Assembly: GCA_963793425.1 (NCBI GenBank) | Contig: CAWCAG010000005.1 | Location: 1,088,001-1,152,000 of the forward strand | Length of the DNA stretch: 64,000 bases | Direction: 5' to 3' | From: an uncultured cyanobacterium | GTDB lineage: Bacteria; Cyanobacteriota; Cyanobacteriia; Cyanobacteriales; CAWCAG01 | Part shown: piece by piece, positions 8,413-16,382 of the stretch | Layout of the letters: each line of letters begins with the position of its first letter | Numbering within the stretch: position 1 is the stretch's first letter | Program-made: the position numbers and the translations under genes | Notes under the pieces: model-generated | Databases searched by the model: none | Seen by the model: the letters and a program-made list of their open reading frames with translations, nothing else | What the model was told of the DNA's origin: nothing

Positions 8413-11031
8413 TTAGCTGGGTAGGAAAACACTGAAAGTAGTTTCTCCTGGCTGACTGTTGACTTCGATGCGCCCTTGATGCTTGTCTATAATTTTACGT
8501 ACAATATCTAATCCTAAACCACTTCCTTCCCCAATGGGTTTAGTCGTGAAAAATGGTTCAAAAATTCGCTGTTGTATTTCTGGGGAAATCCCACTACCAG
8601 AATCACTCACTTTGACAACAAGCTCCCCTGCTTGTTCAACCACCCCAATTGTTAACTTTCCCTGACCTTCCATCGCTTGGATCGCATTGTGAATTAAATT
8701 AGTCCACACTTGCACCAACTCATCAGGATAGCACCAGATTAATGGTAGAGATTGAGCATCGTATTCTTGAATAACTTCAACACCTCTTTTAAGTTGGTTG
8801 TAGTACAATTCTAAAACCATCTCAATGTTATCAGTAATCTTGATTTGCTTTTTCTGGCCGCTTTGATCGTAACGGGCATAACTTTTGAGGGCAAAAACTA
8901 TCTTAGAAGCCCTTTCTACTGCGGTAATAATGTTGCGGGAGTTACTCTTTAAACGAACTAAATTATAGGCAAGATCGAGAGTCCAATCCGCCTCAGATTC
9001 TTGTAACAAAGGTAAAAAGCGGTCAATATCTTCCCCAACTCCCATATCTATCAAGGTATCGGCCATACGTCTAGGTTCGTTGATCTCCGTTGCTTGGAGT
9101 TGTGTGGTTAAGGTTCGCTTTAACTGACGTTTTTCTTTGGAACTCATTTGTAGATGGCTGTGCCAAGCATGATCAACTAAGGCAAAGAAGTTAGTTTGCT
9201 GTTGGCTAGAGAGCTTCTCATTGAGTTGAGGTATTTTTTCCAAAGCGGCTTCTAGGGCATTGGCCGTATTGCTAGAAGAAGCTCTAATTGCCCCTAACGG
9301 AGTGTTAATCTCATGGGCCACTCCTGCAATCAATTGTCCTAAAGCAGCCATCTTCTCCGACTGTACAAGTTCATCTTGAGTCGTTTTAAGCTGTTGCAAG
9401 GTAAAGGTTAGTTCCTCATTTTTATGTTGCAGTGCTTCTTCTGCTAGCTTGCGGTAATGAGATTCTACGGCTAAAGCAGCCATATAAGCTAAGTAACTAA
9501 CAAAGTTCTGTTCCCCAATTGTCCAATTCCTTCCTTCTGCCCCGGTATGTTCTAAGCAGACAACCCCTATTTTTTCACCTTTCAGGAAAATAGCGACATC
9601 AAGCATAGAGACAATATTTAGGGGTTTAAAGTAAAAATCATGAAAATCTGTTAATCGAAAGTCTTGATAAACGTCATCAGCAGCAATCACCCTTGCTCGT
9701 TCCAAAGCTTGAAAATAATTTGGGCAATCAGCTAAGGTAATTTTTTGACCTTCACTGTGATGATGGAGGGATTTTTCGTAGAGATCAACACAATCAATAG
9801 CTGATTGATCATCATTAAAAAACCAAACACTAGTCCTTTCCACATCAAGAACACGACTAGCTAATTGAGTAATTTGGGCGATCGCAGCATTAATCTCTCC
9901 TGTATATAAATTCTCGCTGGTAGCTAATTCCACCAATCCTGCTTGCTGTCTCCGCAAGCGGCTTTCTACTTCTTTTAAAGCAGATTCAGCCGCAATTCTT
10001 TCTTCTATTTCCGTTTCCAGGGTATGATTCGCCTTAACTAAATCCGCAGTACGCTCTTGCACCCTTATGTCCAACTCATCATAAGCTTGACGTAAAGCCA
10101 ATTCAGCAGCTTGGCGTTGCAATTCTGCTGCTGCCCTAGCTGCGAAGATCAACATAATTGCTTCGGCAGTTTCGGGATCTGCCAAGGGAGCATTGTTATT
10201 AATACACAAAGTACCAATAATCTCTTGATTACCATCCAACAAAGGTACTCCCAAATAACTTTGGGCCCCCATCGCTTTTAACCCTGTCGCTTCGGGAAAA
10301 AGTTTTTGTACACCTTGAGGATAGTAACAAGGTTTACCTGAGCGAAAAATTGGTTCGCAGGGAGTACCAGCAAGGCCATATTCAAAATTTTCTCCCATTT
10401 CCTTTTCTGCCCAAAAAGCCAGACTTGCTAACTTTTCTGCTTTTGTGTCAACCACTTGGGCAACAAAAGCATAACGAATATCCAAGGCTTTAGCCAAATT
10501 TTCTACTAACGCCAAAAAGAATTCTTCTCCTGTGGCCGAAGCAGTCCCTTCCACAACGTTTTTCAAAATCTGTTCAGCTTTCTGTTGTTCTTTTCTGGCT
10601 GCCTCGCCAATCTCAATCTGCTTTGCTAATTCTCGATTAATCTCTTCTAATTCTTGAGGAGTTTTTAAAGACAGAAATTGAGGCAACAAAGTTGTCATCC
10701 TAAAAGCGGTATAACAAGAAACTAACGCAGTCATTCCTTGTTCTATACCTGATAACCAATAAGCCGGATGCCAAAGAGTCCAAACCTCCAACAAATGCCC
10801 AATGCCACAGAGAATAATAAAAGCGCCAAACAAGTAAAAGATCCTCATAAAAGGAACATCTTGCCGTTTGGAAACAAAATAAATTAGCAATATGGGAATA
10901 GAGAAGTAGGCATAGGCGATAAGTAAATCGCTAACAAGGTGGAGCAAAACCAAAGGAGGCTGCCACAAATAGCAGTTGCCATGGGGCATATACTGACTAG
11001 GGGAGAAAATTTCTTTAAGATAGTCCCACAC
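8413..11031 (-). CDS. ETR1-like (ethylene-binding domain) GAF-GAF histidine kinase
   Basis: SDLLIAYAYFSIP...FGAFIILCGIGH transmembrane domain, two GAF-like domains, H-box AHEINTPL, HATPase. Confidence 0.85.
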   Translation of the reverse strand: MWDYLKEIFSPSQYMPHGNCYLWQPPLVLLHLVSDLLIAYAYFSIPILLIYFVSKRQDVPFMRIFYLFGAFIILCGIGHLLEVWTLWHPAYWLSGIEQGMTALVSCYTAFRMTTLLPQFLSLKTPQELEEINRELAKQIEIGEAARKEQQKAEQILKNVVEGTASATGEEFFLALVENLAKALDIRYAFVAQVVDTKAEKLASLAFWAEKEMGENFEYGLAGTPCEPIFRSGKPCYYPQGVQKLFPEATGLKAMGAQSYLGVPLLDGNQEIIGTLCINNNAPLADPETAEAIMLIFAARAAAELQRQAAELALRQAYDELDIRVQERTADLVKANHTLETEIEERIAAESALKEVESRLRRQQAGLVELATSENLYTGEINAAIAQITQLASRVLDVERTSVWFFNDDQSAIDCVDLYEKSLHHHSEGQKITLADCPNYFQALERARVIAADDVYQDFRLTDFHDFYFKPLNIVSMLDVAIFLKGEKIGVVCLEHTGAEGRNWTIGEQNFVSYLAYMAALAVESHYRKLAEEALQHKNEELTFTLQQLKTTQDELVQSEKMAALGQLIAGVAHEINTPLGAIRASSSNTANALEAALEKIPQLNEKLSSQQQTNFFALVDHAWHSHLQMSSKEKRQLKRTLTTQLQATEINEPRRMADTLIDMGVGEDIDRFLPLLQESEADWTLDLAYNLVRLKSNSRNIITAVERASKIVFALKSYARYDQSGQKKQIKITDNIEMVLELYYNQLKRGVEVIQEYDAQSLPLIWCYPDELVQVWTNLIHNAIQAMEGQGKLTIGVVEQAGELVVKVSDSGSGISPEIQQRIFEPFFTTKPIGEGSGLGLDIVRKIIDKHQGRIEVNSQPGETTFSVFLPS

Positions 11032-11346
11032 GATATTTTTCTATTAAGGAGTAATATTTTTCGAGCTTACGGAGTAGAAACAATCAGCCCTATTTTATTG
11101 AATAGTCTGATTTTAAGAGCTATTTAATGAAGAACGAGTATAGATAGTAACTATTTTTTATTATAGAAGAATCTGTATTTAATAATTTATATTCTGCAAA
11201 AAAGTATTGTGATAGTTGCATCTGCGATCGCCATCAAACCAACTATCCCTTTAAGCCATTTACCTTAAGCAATTTGGCGCTTGTTAACTATTCAATTGTC
11301 CCTTAAATTTATAGTTATAGAAGTCTAGCATTTTGGTACAAACCCA

Positions 11347-11715
11347 ATGGAAACAAAGTTTTATCAAGCTCTGGCATTACTCAATGCCGGACAAACCCAA
11401 CAACAAGTTGCTGTAGAACTTAATATTGGTGTTTCTACCCTCCAACAATGGTTCCAAGATGAGGCTTTTCAACAAGAACAGATAAAGCAACAAAAGTGTC
11501 TTATTTTAGCTTCCATTGATGACTTAGTTACAAAAATGCCCGATTTGACTAGTGAACTTGTCAATATTATTTTGGGTCAAGGTTATTCGATACGGGAAAA
11601 AATAGCTGCCTACAATGCTATTCTAAATGGAGATTTTAATTTACCTCAAATTGAACTTGACTACCTTTTAGTTGAACTTAAAGCTCAAATTCAAGAACAA
11701 GCTGTGTTTAATTGA
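11347..11715 (+). CDS. helix-turn-helix protein (phage small-terminase-like N-terminal HTH)
   Basis: ALALLNAGQTQQQVAVELNIGVSTLQQWFQDEAF HTH pattern. Confidence 0.55.
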   Translation: METKFYQALALLNAGQTQQQVAVELNIGVSTLQQWFQDEAFQQEQIKQQKCLILASIDDLVTKMPDLTSELVNIILGQGYSIREKIAAYNAILNGDFNLPQIELDYLLVELKAQIQEQAVFN

Positions 11716-11802
11716 TATAGAGCGGTTTAGTTAATTGCTAATTGCTAGTGGCTAATGGCTAATCGTGCAAGAGAAGAGGGGGTAGGCAACAGTAGATTCT
11801 TG

Positions 11803-11871
11803 ACTTATTACTTATTACTTATTACTTATTACTTATTACTTATTACTTATTACTTATTACTTATTACTTAT
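11803..11871. repeat. STRR heptamer (ACTTATT)x9 plus partial
   Basis: Perfect tandem array between convergent genes. Confidence 0.95.
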
Positions 11872-11918
11872 GAATGGTTGACTACATAGTTGCTCATCCC
11901 AATTAAAGAAGAATGATA

Positions 11919-12614
11919 TCAGACAAGTCCTTCAGCCCGTCGTCGATCTAAAGAAGCTTTAAGGATACGCACATAATCAAGCCTTGCTTCGTCTTTTTGC
12001 TTAATACCTTTATTAGCTGAATGCAAGCGTCGTTTTGCCACTAATTTTGGTAAGGTTAGAGTTTTTAAACCTGACTCTACTGCCCGAACATACCAAGCAG
12101 CAAATTCTCCAGATTTCCATTTAGACTCAAACTCACCGATTTGGAAAAAAGAATCTTTTTTAACTAGCATTGCCGAAGGAATATATCCCGGCATCAATTC
12201 AGAATTACAGTAAATTTTTGCTTTTAATTCTTCTGCCAAATCTGGACTGTGAAACTGTTGCACTTGTCCAAAAACTAAATGAAGTTCAGGATCATTTTTA
12301 AATGCTTCTAGTTGAACTTCTAATTTATCTTCAACCCAAAGATCGTCGGCATCCAGAAAAGCCAAAAAGCTACCTTGGGCTAATTCTATACCATGATTAC
12401 GAGCAGTAGCGCTACCGCCATTATTTTGATAGCAGTATGTTACTTTTGAACCAAAGCTTTTAGCTACTTCTGCTGTTTTATCCGTTGAACCATCATCAAT
12501 AATAATAATTTCAAAAGATGTATAGTTCTGACTTAGTATGCTTTCAACGGCTTCTGCTAAATAGAGATCACTGTTATAGGCAGGAATAATAACACTTACT
12601 AAAGGATTATTCAT
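11919..12614 (-). CDS. glycosyltransferase family 2
   Basis: VSVIIPAYN, IIIDDGSTD, ARNHG, FLDADD. Confidence 0.93.
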   Translation of the reverse strand: MNNPLVSVIIPAYNSDLYLAEAVESILSQNYTSFEIIIIDDGSTDKTAEVAKSFGSKVTYCYQNNGGSATARNHGIELAQGSFLAFLDADDLWVEDKLEVQLEAFKNDPELHLVFGQVQQFHSPDLAEELKAKIYCNSELMPGYIPSAMLVKKDSFFQIGEFESKWKSGEFAAWYVRAVESGLKTLTLPKLVAKRRLHSANKGIKQKDEARLDYVRILKASLDRRRAEGLV

Positions 12615-12632
12615 TAAAAATACTATTTTCAG

Positions 12633-13385
12633 TTAAAGATTTGATTGAGATTGATATATTTTAAATAATTCTGACAACTGAGGTGCTGTGGTGTTACCAT
12701 TCTTGCGCCTTGGGTCTAAAGATTTCTTCAAAACTTTAATAAAATCAAGGGTGTGTATATTTCTTCCATTGGTCATATTACTGTTATGTTTGCGATAGAG
12801 TAACATCACCTCTTCTAAAACAATCATTGAGACTTTATCTTCCCAGGCTCGCATAAACCAATCAACATCTTCACTATAACGAAGAGATTCATCAAATAGA
12901 CCGATTCTCTCAAATACTGATTTTCTAAAAATAGCACCACCTAAATTAAAAGAAACACCAATATCATATAAAGTTCGATAAATACTAGATTGTTGGCTTT
13001 CAGCATCTATTTGTAGATGTTGAATTTTCCCTTGAACAATTTCTACATGAGAATTTTTAGCCAAACATTCTAATTGACTTTTAAGCTTATTCTCTGGCCA
13101 TAAATCATCAACATCCAGAAAAGTAATTACATTCCCTTGAGCAATTTCTATACCTCGATTACGGGCTGCTGAAGGGCCGCTATTAGCTTGATAAATGTAG
13201 TGAACAACTTCTTGATACTGAGCGGCAATTTTAGCAGTTTGATCCGTTGAGCCATCATCAACAATAATAATTTCTAAAGGTTGATGTCCTTGTTGTTGAA
13301 TATTGGCAATAGCTTCTGCTAAAAATGCTTCCCCGTTGTAAACAGGGATAATTACGCTGACAAAAAACTTATTTAGTTGGCTCAT
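12633..13385 (-). CDS. glycosyltransferase family 2
   Basis: VSVIIPVYN, VDDGSTD, ARNRG, FLDVDD, EDVDW. Confidence 0.93.
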   Translation of the reverse strand: MSQLNKFFVSVIIPVYNGEAFLAEAIANIQQQGHQPLEIIIVDDGSTDQTAKIAAQYQEVVHYIYQANSGPSAARNRGIEIAQGNVITFLDVDDLWPENKLKSQLECLAKNSHVEIVQGKIQHLQIDAESQQSSIYRTLYDIGVSFNLGGAIFRKSVFERIGLFDESLRYSEDVDWFMRAWEDKVSMIVLEEVMLLYRKHNSNMTNGRNIHTLDFIKVLKKSLDPRRKNGNTTAPQLSELFKIYQSQSNL

Positions 13386-13390
13386 TAATT

Positions 13391-14569
13391 TTACTGGCTA
13401 AGAAAATCGAAAATAACTTCAGGTATTTGTTTAATCTCAGTTCCTAAATTAAGATAATAACAAGGAACTTTTTGGGCAGATTCGGTCATGATTTGACAAG
13501 CTTCTTTCCCTGCATTGGGTAGTTGTTTGATAGTACTAGGAACTAAGGCTGATAACCCTGCTACGGAGGAAGTTTTACTTAAACTTGTCTCAACTTTCCC
13601 GGTAACACGAGGAACGAAAATTGCTTTTAAAGGGAAGCCGGAGATAATTTTTTCTGGAAAGTGTTGGTGTAAAAAATAAAGCGCCTTTTCACTATCTAAG
13701 CGATCGCGGTTACTGATGATGGATTTGAGGAAGGGCAACCTGTCAATATCATCGGGCCTTTTCTTGCCAGTGTTATAGATGCTATGAACTTGTGGTGTCG
13801 GTTGGGAGGCAAGCAAAACATAATCATCACTGGCATAAAATAAATCTGAGTTTAAGCAACATAAAGCCGTTGTCGATTTTCCCGAACCACCTTTACCAGC
13901 TAACAAAACTCCACCAGAAGGCAAACCTACAGCCCCAGCATGAACCATTTGTACACCGCGTTTACCTAACCATATATGCAGAATTGTTCGCAAGGGAGAG
14001 CCACTTTCCCAATAAGGGAGCAACTTTGCATCGTTCACCCAATATAAACCCAAGTTGCGTAGGCGAAGCCCACCGTAGGTATCGCTATCCAACATACTTA
14101 AGGTGTTAGCACCCCACTGGAAGGTTGTATGGATGCGTTCATTATTAAATCCTAAAATCTCCCCCCGTTGCTGTAATTGTGCGCCTTGCCAAGGTGGAGG
14201 AGGCATTTTAGTCTTAGTAGAAGCACTATCCCATAAACAGATGGTGAGGTTTGGCTTTGGGGTTGATTGAGTAGCTAGATGGGCAAAAGCAGGAGTCAGA
14301 TACCCAACTAAGGCTTCTCCTGCAAAACACAGTTTGATAGTAAAGTCACCTAAGTTATAAAATCTTTCTATCAGACTGCCCGTAGCAGTTTCTGCTTGTT
14401 GATAAGCAGCATAAACTTCATTGAAAAATTCTAAGGGATTGGCTTTAGCAATTAATTCAGAAGCAGGGACTTGCTCAATATTCACGCTAGTAGTTATTTT
14501 AAAGGTAGCAAAATCAAGTTTGTCGGTTGAATCAAATGGGCAAAGTGACTCCACTTCCCAACCGAACAA
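13391..14569 (-). CDS. HPr-kinase-like P-loop kinase (true start may be the GTG at 14485)
   Basis: VHAGAV, Walker A GKGGSGKSTT, YASDD. Confidence 0.8.
   Translation of the reverse strand: MFGWEVESLCPFDSTDKLDFATFKITTSVNIEQVPASELIAKANPLEFFNEVYAAYQQAETATGSLIERFYNLGDFTIKLCFAGEALVGYLTPAFAHLATQSTPKPNLTICLWDSASTKTKMPPPPWQGAQLQQRGEILGFNNERIHTTFQWGANTLSMLDSDTYGGLRLRNLGLYWVNDAKLLPYWESGSPLRTILHIWLGKRGVQMVHAGAVGLPSGGVLLAGKGGSGKSTTALCCLNSDLFYASDDYVLLASQPTPQVHSIYNTGKKRPDDIDRLPFLKSIISNRDRLDSEKALYFLHQHFPEKIISGFPLKAIFVPRVTGKVETSLSKTSSVAGLSALVPSTIKQLPNAGKEACQIMTESAQKVPCYYLNLGTEIKQIPEVIFDFLSQ
14057..14085. mobile_element. 21-nt SDR5-like element inserted in a HIP1 site
   Basis: GCG + TAGGCGAAGCCCACCGTAGGT (14060-14080) + ATCGC; removing the insert restores GCGATCGC. 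Confidence 0.8.
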
Positions 14570-14585
14570 AAGTTAGTCAAGAAGC

Positions 14586-15032
14586 TCAAACTTTCTCCTC
14601 TAGTTTGGCATTAGGCCAACCCATTTCGTCAACCTCGTGAATAGGATCTAAACCTAACAATTCTTCCATGTCAGTGTACTTGCCTAACTTGGGTTCTTCA
14701 AAAGGAAGTTTTTCTCCTGGAGTTTCTTCATTTTGATTAATACTGCTAGCTTCACTATTGGTATTAGGAACAATAATTCCTTCTTGCTGTAACTGTTGGA
14801 GTAAAGTGTTGACAGAATTGGCAATAGTTTCGGAATTAGCCTCATAGCGCTGGCTAAGATTACTAATCAATTCACTTTGGGACATACCTTGTTCAATGCC
14901 TGCCCAAACATCAGCACCCGCATTCACCAAACTGTAGTAATCTCCCTTTTGAAGGTTGACAATTACTACTTCACCATCAATAGTTTCTTGGACTACACCA
15001 GGAGTATTCAGTCTAAAACGCACTGCTGTCAT
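14586..15032 (-). CDS. PqqD/RRE family protein with C-terminal DPIHEVD..GWP tail
   Basis: ETIDGEVVIVNLQKGDYYSLVNAGADVW...LLQQLQQEGII RRE pattern, low-complexity linker, then FEEPKLGKYTDMEELLGLDPIHEVDEMGWP. Confidence 0.88.
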   Translation of the reverse strand: MTAVRFRLNTPGVVQETIDGEVVIVNLQKGDYYSLVNAGADVWAGIEQGMSQSELISNLSQRYEANSETIANSVNTLLQQLQQEGIIVPNTNSEASSINQNEETPGEKLPFEEPKLGKYTDMEELLGLDPIHEVDEMGWPNAKLEEKV

Positions 15033-15251
15033 GGATTAGCTCCTTATAAGTTAATTTTAGTTTAAGGTTTAATTAATTCTTGCCTAAAACCACTGGAGTC
15101 CAGAATAGTCTACCTTAAGAGAGAAGACAAGAGACATAAGTTTAATTAGCAAACTTTTAATCAACTCTTCACAAAAACTTTATTTCTGCCTTAACAAAAA
15201 AATTACTTGTATTCTTTCCCTAACAATAGGGTTCCCTTCTATTACTCCAAT

Positions 15252-16361
15252 CTAGGAGATGATTTTTTTCGCTCCCCGAACCACAGTATGATAGGGAAGT
15301 TGCCATAAGCTATTTAAGCCCCAAACTCTTTGTAAATATTTAGGGAAACCGAGAATACCTGATTCAGATTGATTACGTTTAGCTAACCTTAAATATTGTA
15401 AATATCTCTTGGTTAAGCTTCCTATAAGCGGAAGAGGGTTGCTATTGACGAGACGATACTCTGTGCTATCAAACCAAGAGACGGGAAGAGATTGTATTTC
15501 TTTTAGCTGTGTGGGAGGTATTGTCTTAGGAAAGACCGTTTCTATGAAAGTTAGCAGATTTTTTAAAGGGATAGTCAATTTATATTTTTGTGCATCTTCT
15601 AATAATAGATTCCAGTTAATCGCTTCTCGATGTTGCTCAATAATCAACTTACCATCAGCTAACCAACAAGGTTGCAAATTCGGGTAGGCTAAGGCAATTT
15701 GTTGACAAATATACAGTAGTTGCTGGGTAGGAGTTAAAATCCGAGTTGATAAGTCATTAATATTTATAGTGACTGTTGGTAGTGAAGGATTCTCTACCAA
15801 GGAATTACTCCAAATTTGCCAGTTGAGATGCAGTAATTGTCCTTCCTGATTCCACAAACCAATTTTAGGATACAAAGCAATAAATTCTTTTGTTAAATCG
15901 GCTTTTGCTTGCCAACCTAACTTTTTTAGTACATCTATAGCAGCAAAAGCATTTTGAGGGGCAACAAAAATATCAAGATGATTAATGGGACGCAAACCAA
16001 TATTTTGATAATAATTAACTAAAGCTCCATCTTTTAATAAAACAGTTTCGAGATTAACAGCAGCAGCAAGGCTATTTAAGATAGTAGTAATTTCTTTAAT
16101 AAAAATTTGGTTATTATACCAGTTGCGGCGATAAACACCTTTAAGTCTAACCATCTCAGCATCTTCTACTTGATAGCGAGATAAGTTGTTATAGAGCAAT
16201 GGTAATAAATGATATGATTCTGAATTAAGGTCTTCGATATCAACCTTTCCTCTCCAAGTTTGCCAAGCATTAAGAGCTATTTTTCTCTCTTCAAGGGATG
16301 ATTGCAAAAGCAATTGTTGCTCTTTAGTCGGTAGGTTATCCTGGGGATAATCTGCACTCAT
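15252..16361 (-). CDS. nucleotidyltransferase family protein (NTP_transf_5-like), degenerate motifs
   Basis: LLKDGAL..YY...GLRPINHLDIFV resembles the LKGxxL...RxxxDxDxL pattern. Confidence 0.75.
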   Translation of the reverse strand: MSADYPQDNLPTKEQQLLLQSSLEERKIALNAWQTWRGKVDIEDLNSESYHLLPLLYNNLSRYQVEDAEMVRLKGVYRRNWYNNQIFIKEITTILNSLAAAVNLETVLLKDGALVNYYQNIGLRPINHLDIFVAPQNAFAAIDVLKKLGWQAKADLTKEFIALYPKIGLWNQEGQLLHLNWQIWSNSLVENPSLPTVTININDLSTRILTPTQQLLYICQQIALAYPNLQPCWLADGKLIIEQHREAINWNLLLEDAQKYKLTIPLKNLLTFIETVFPKTIPPTQLKEIQSLPVSWFDSTEYRLVNSNPLPLIGSLTKRYLQYLRLAKRNQSESGILGFPKYLQRVWGLNSLWQLPYHTVVRGAKKIIS

Positions 16362-16382
16362 GTTAAGACCTCACAAATATCT

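Noticed and set aside
11803..11871. Repeat array as CRISPR
   Set aside because: Contiguous 7-mers with no spacers and no cas genes; a typical STRR
15033..15251. Free-standing lasso precursor upstream of the RRE gene
   Set aside because: Only a 17-aa minus ORF (MSLVFSLKVDYSGLQWF) with no YxxPxL or -2 Thr motif
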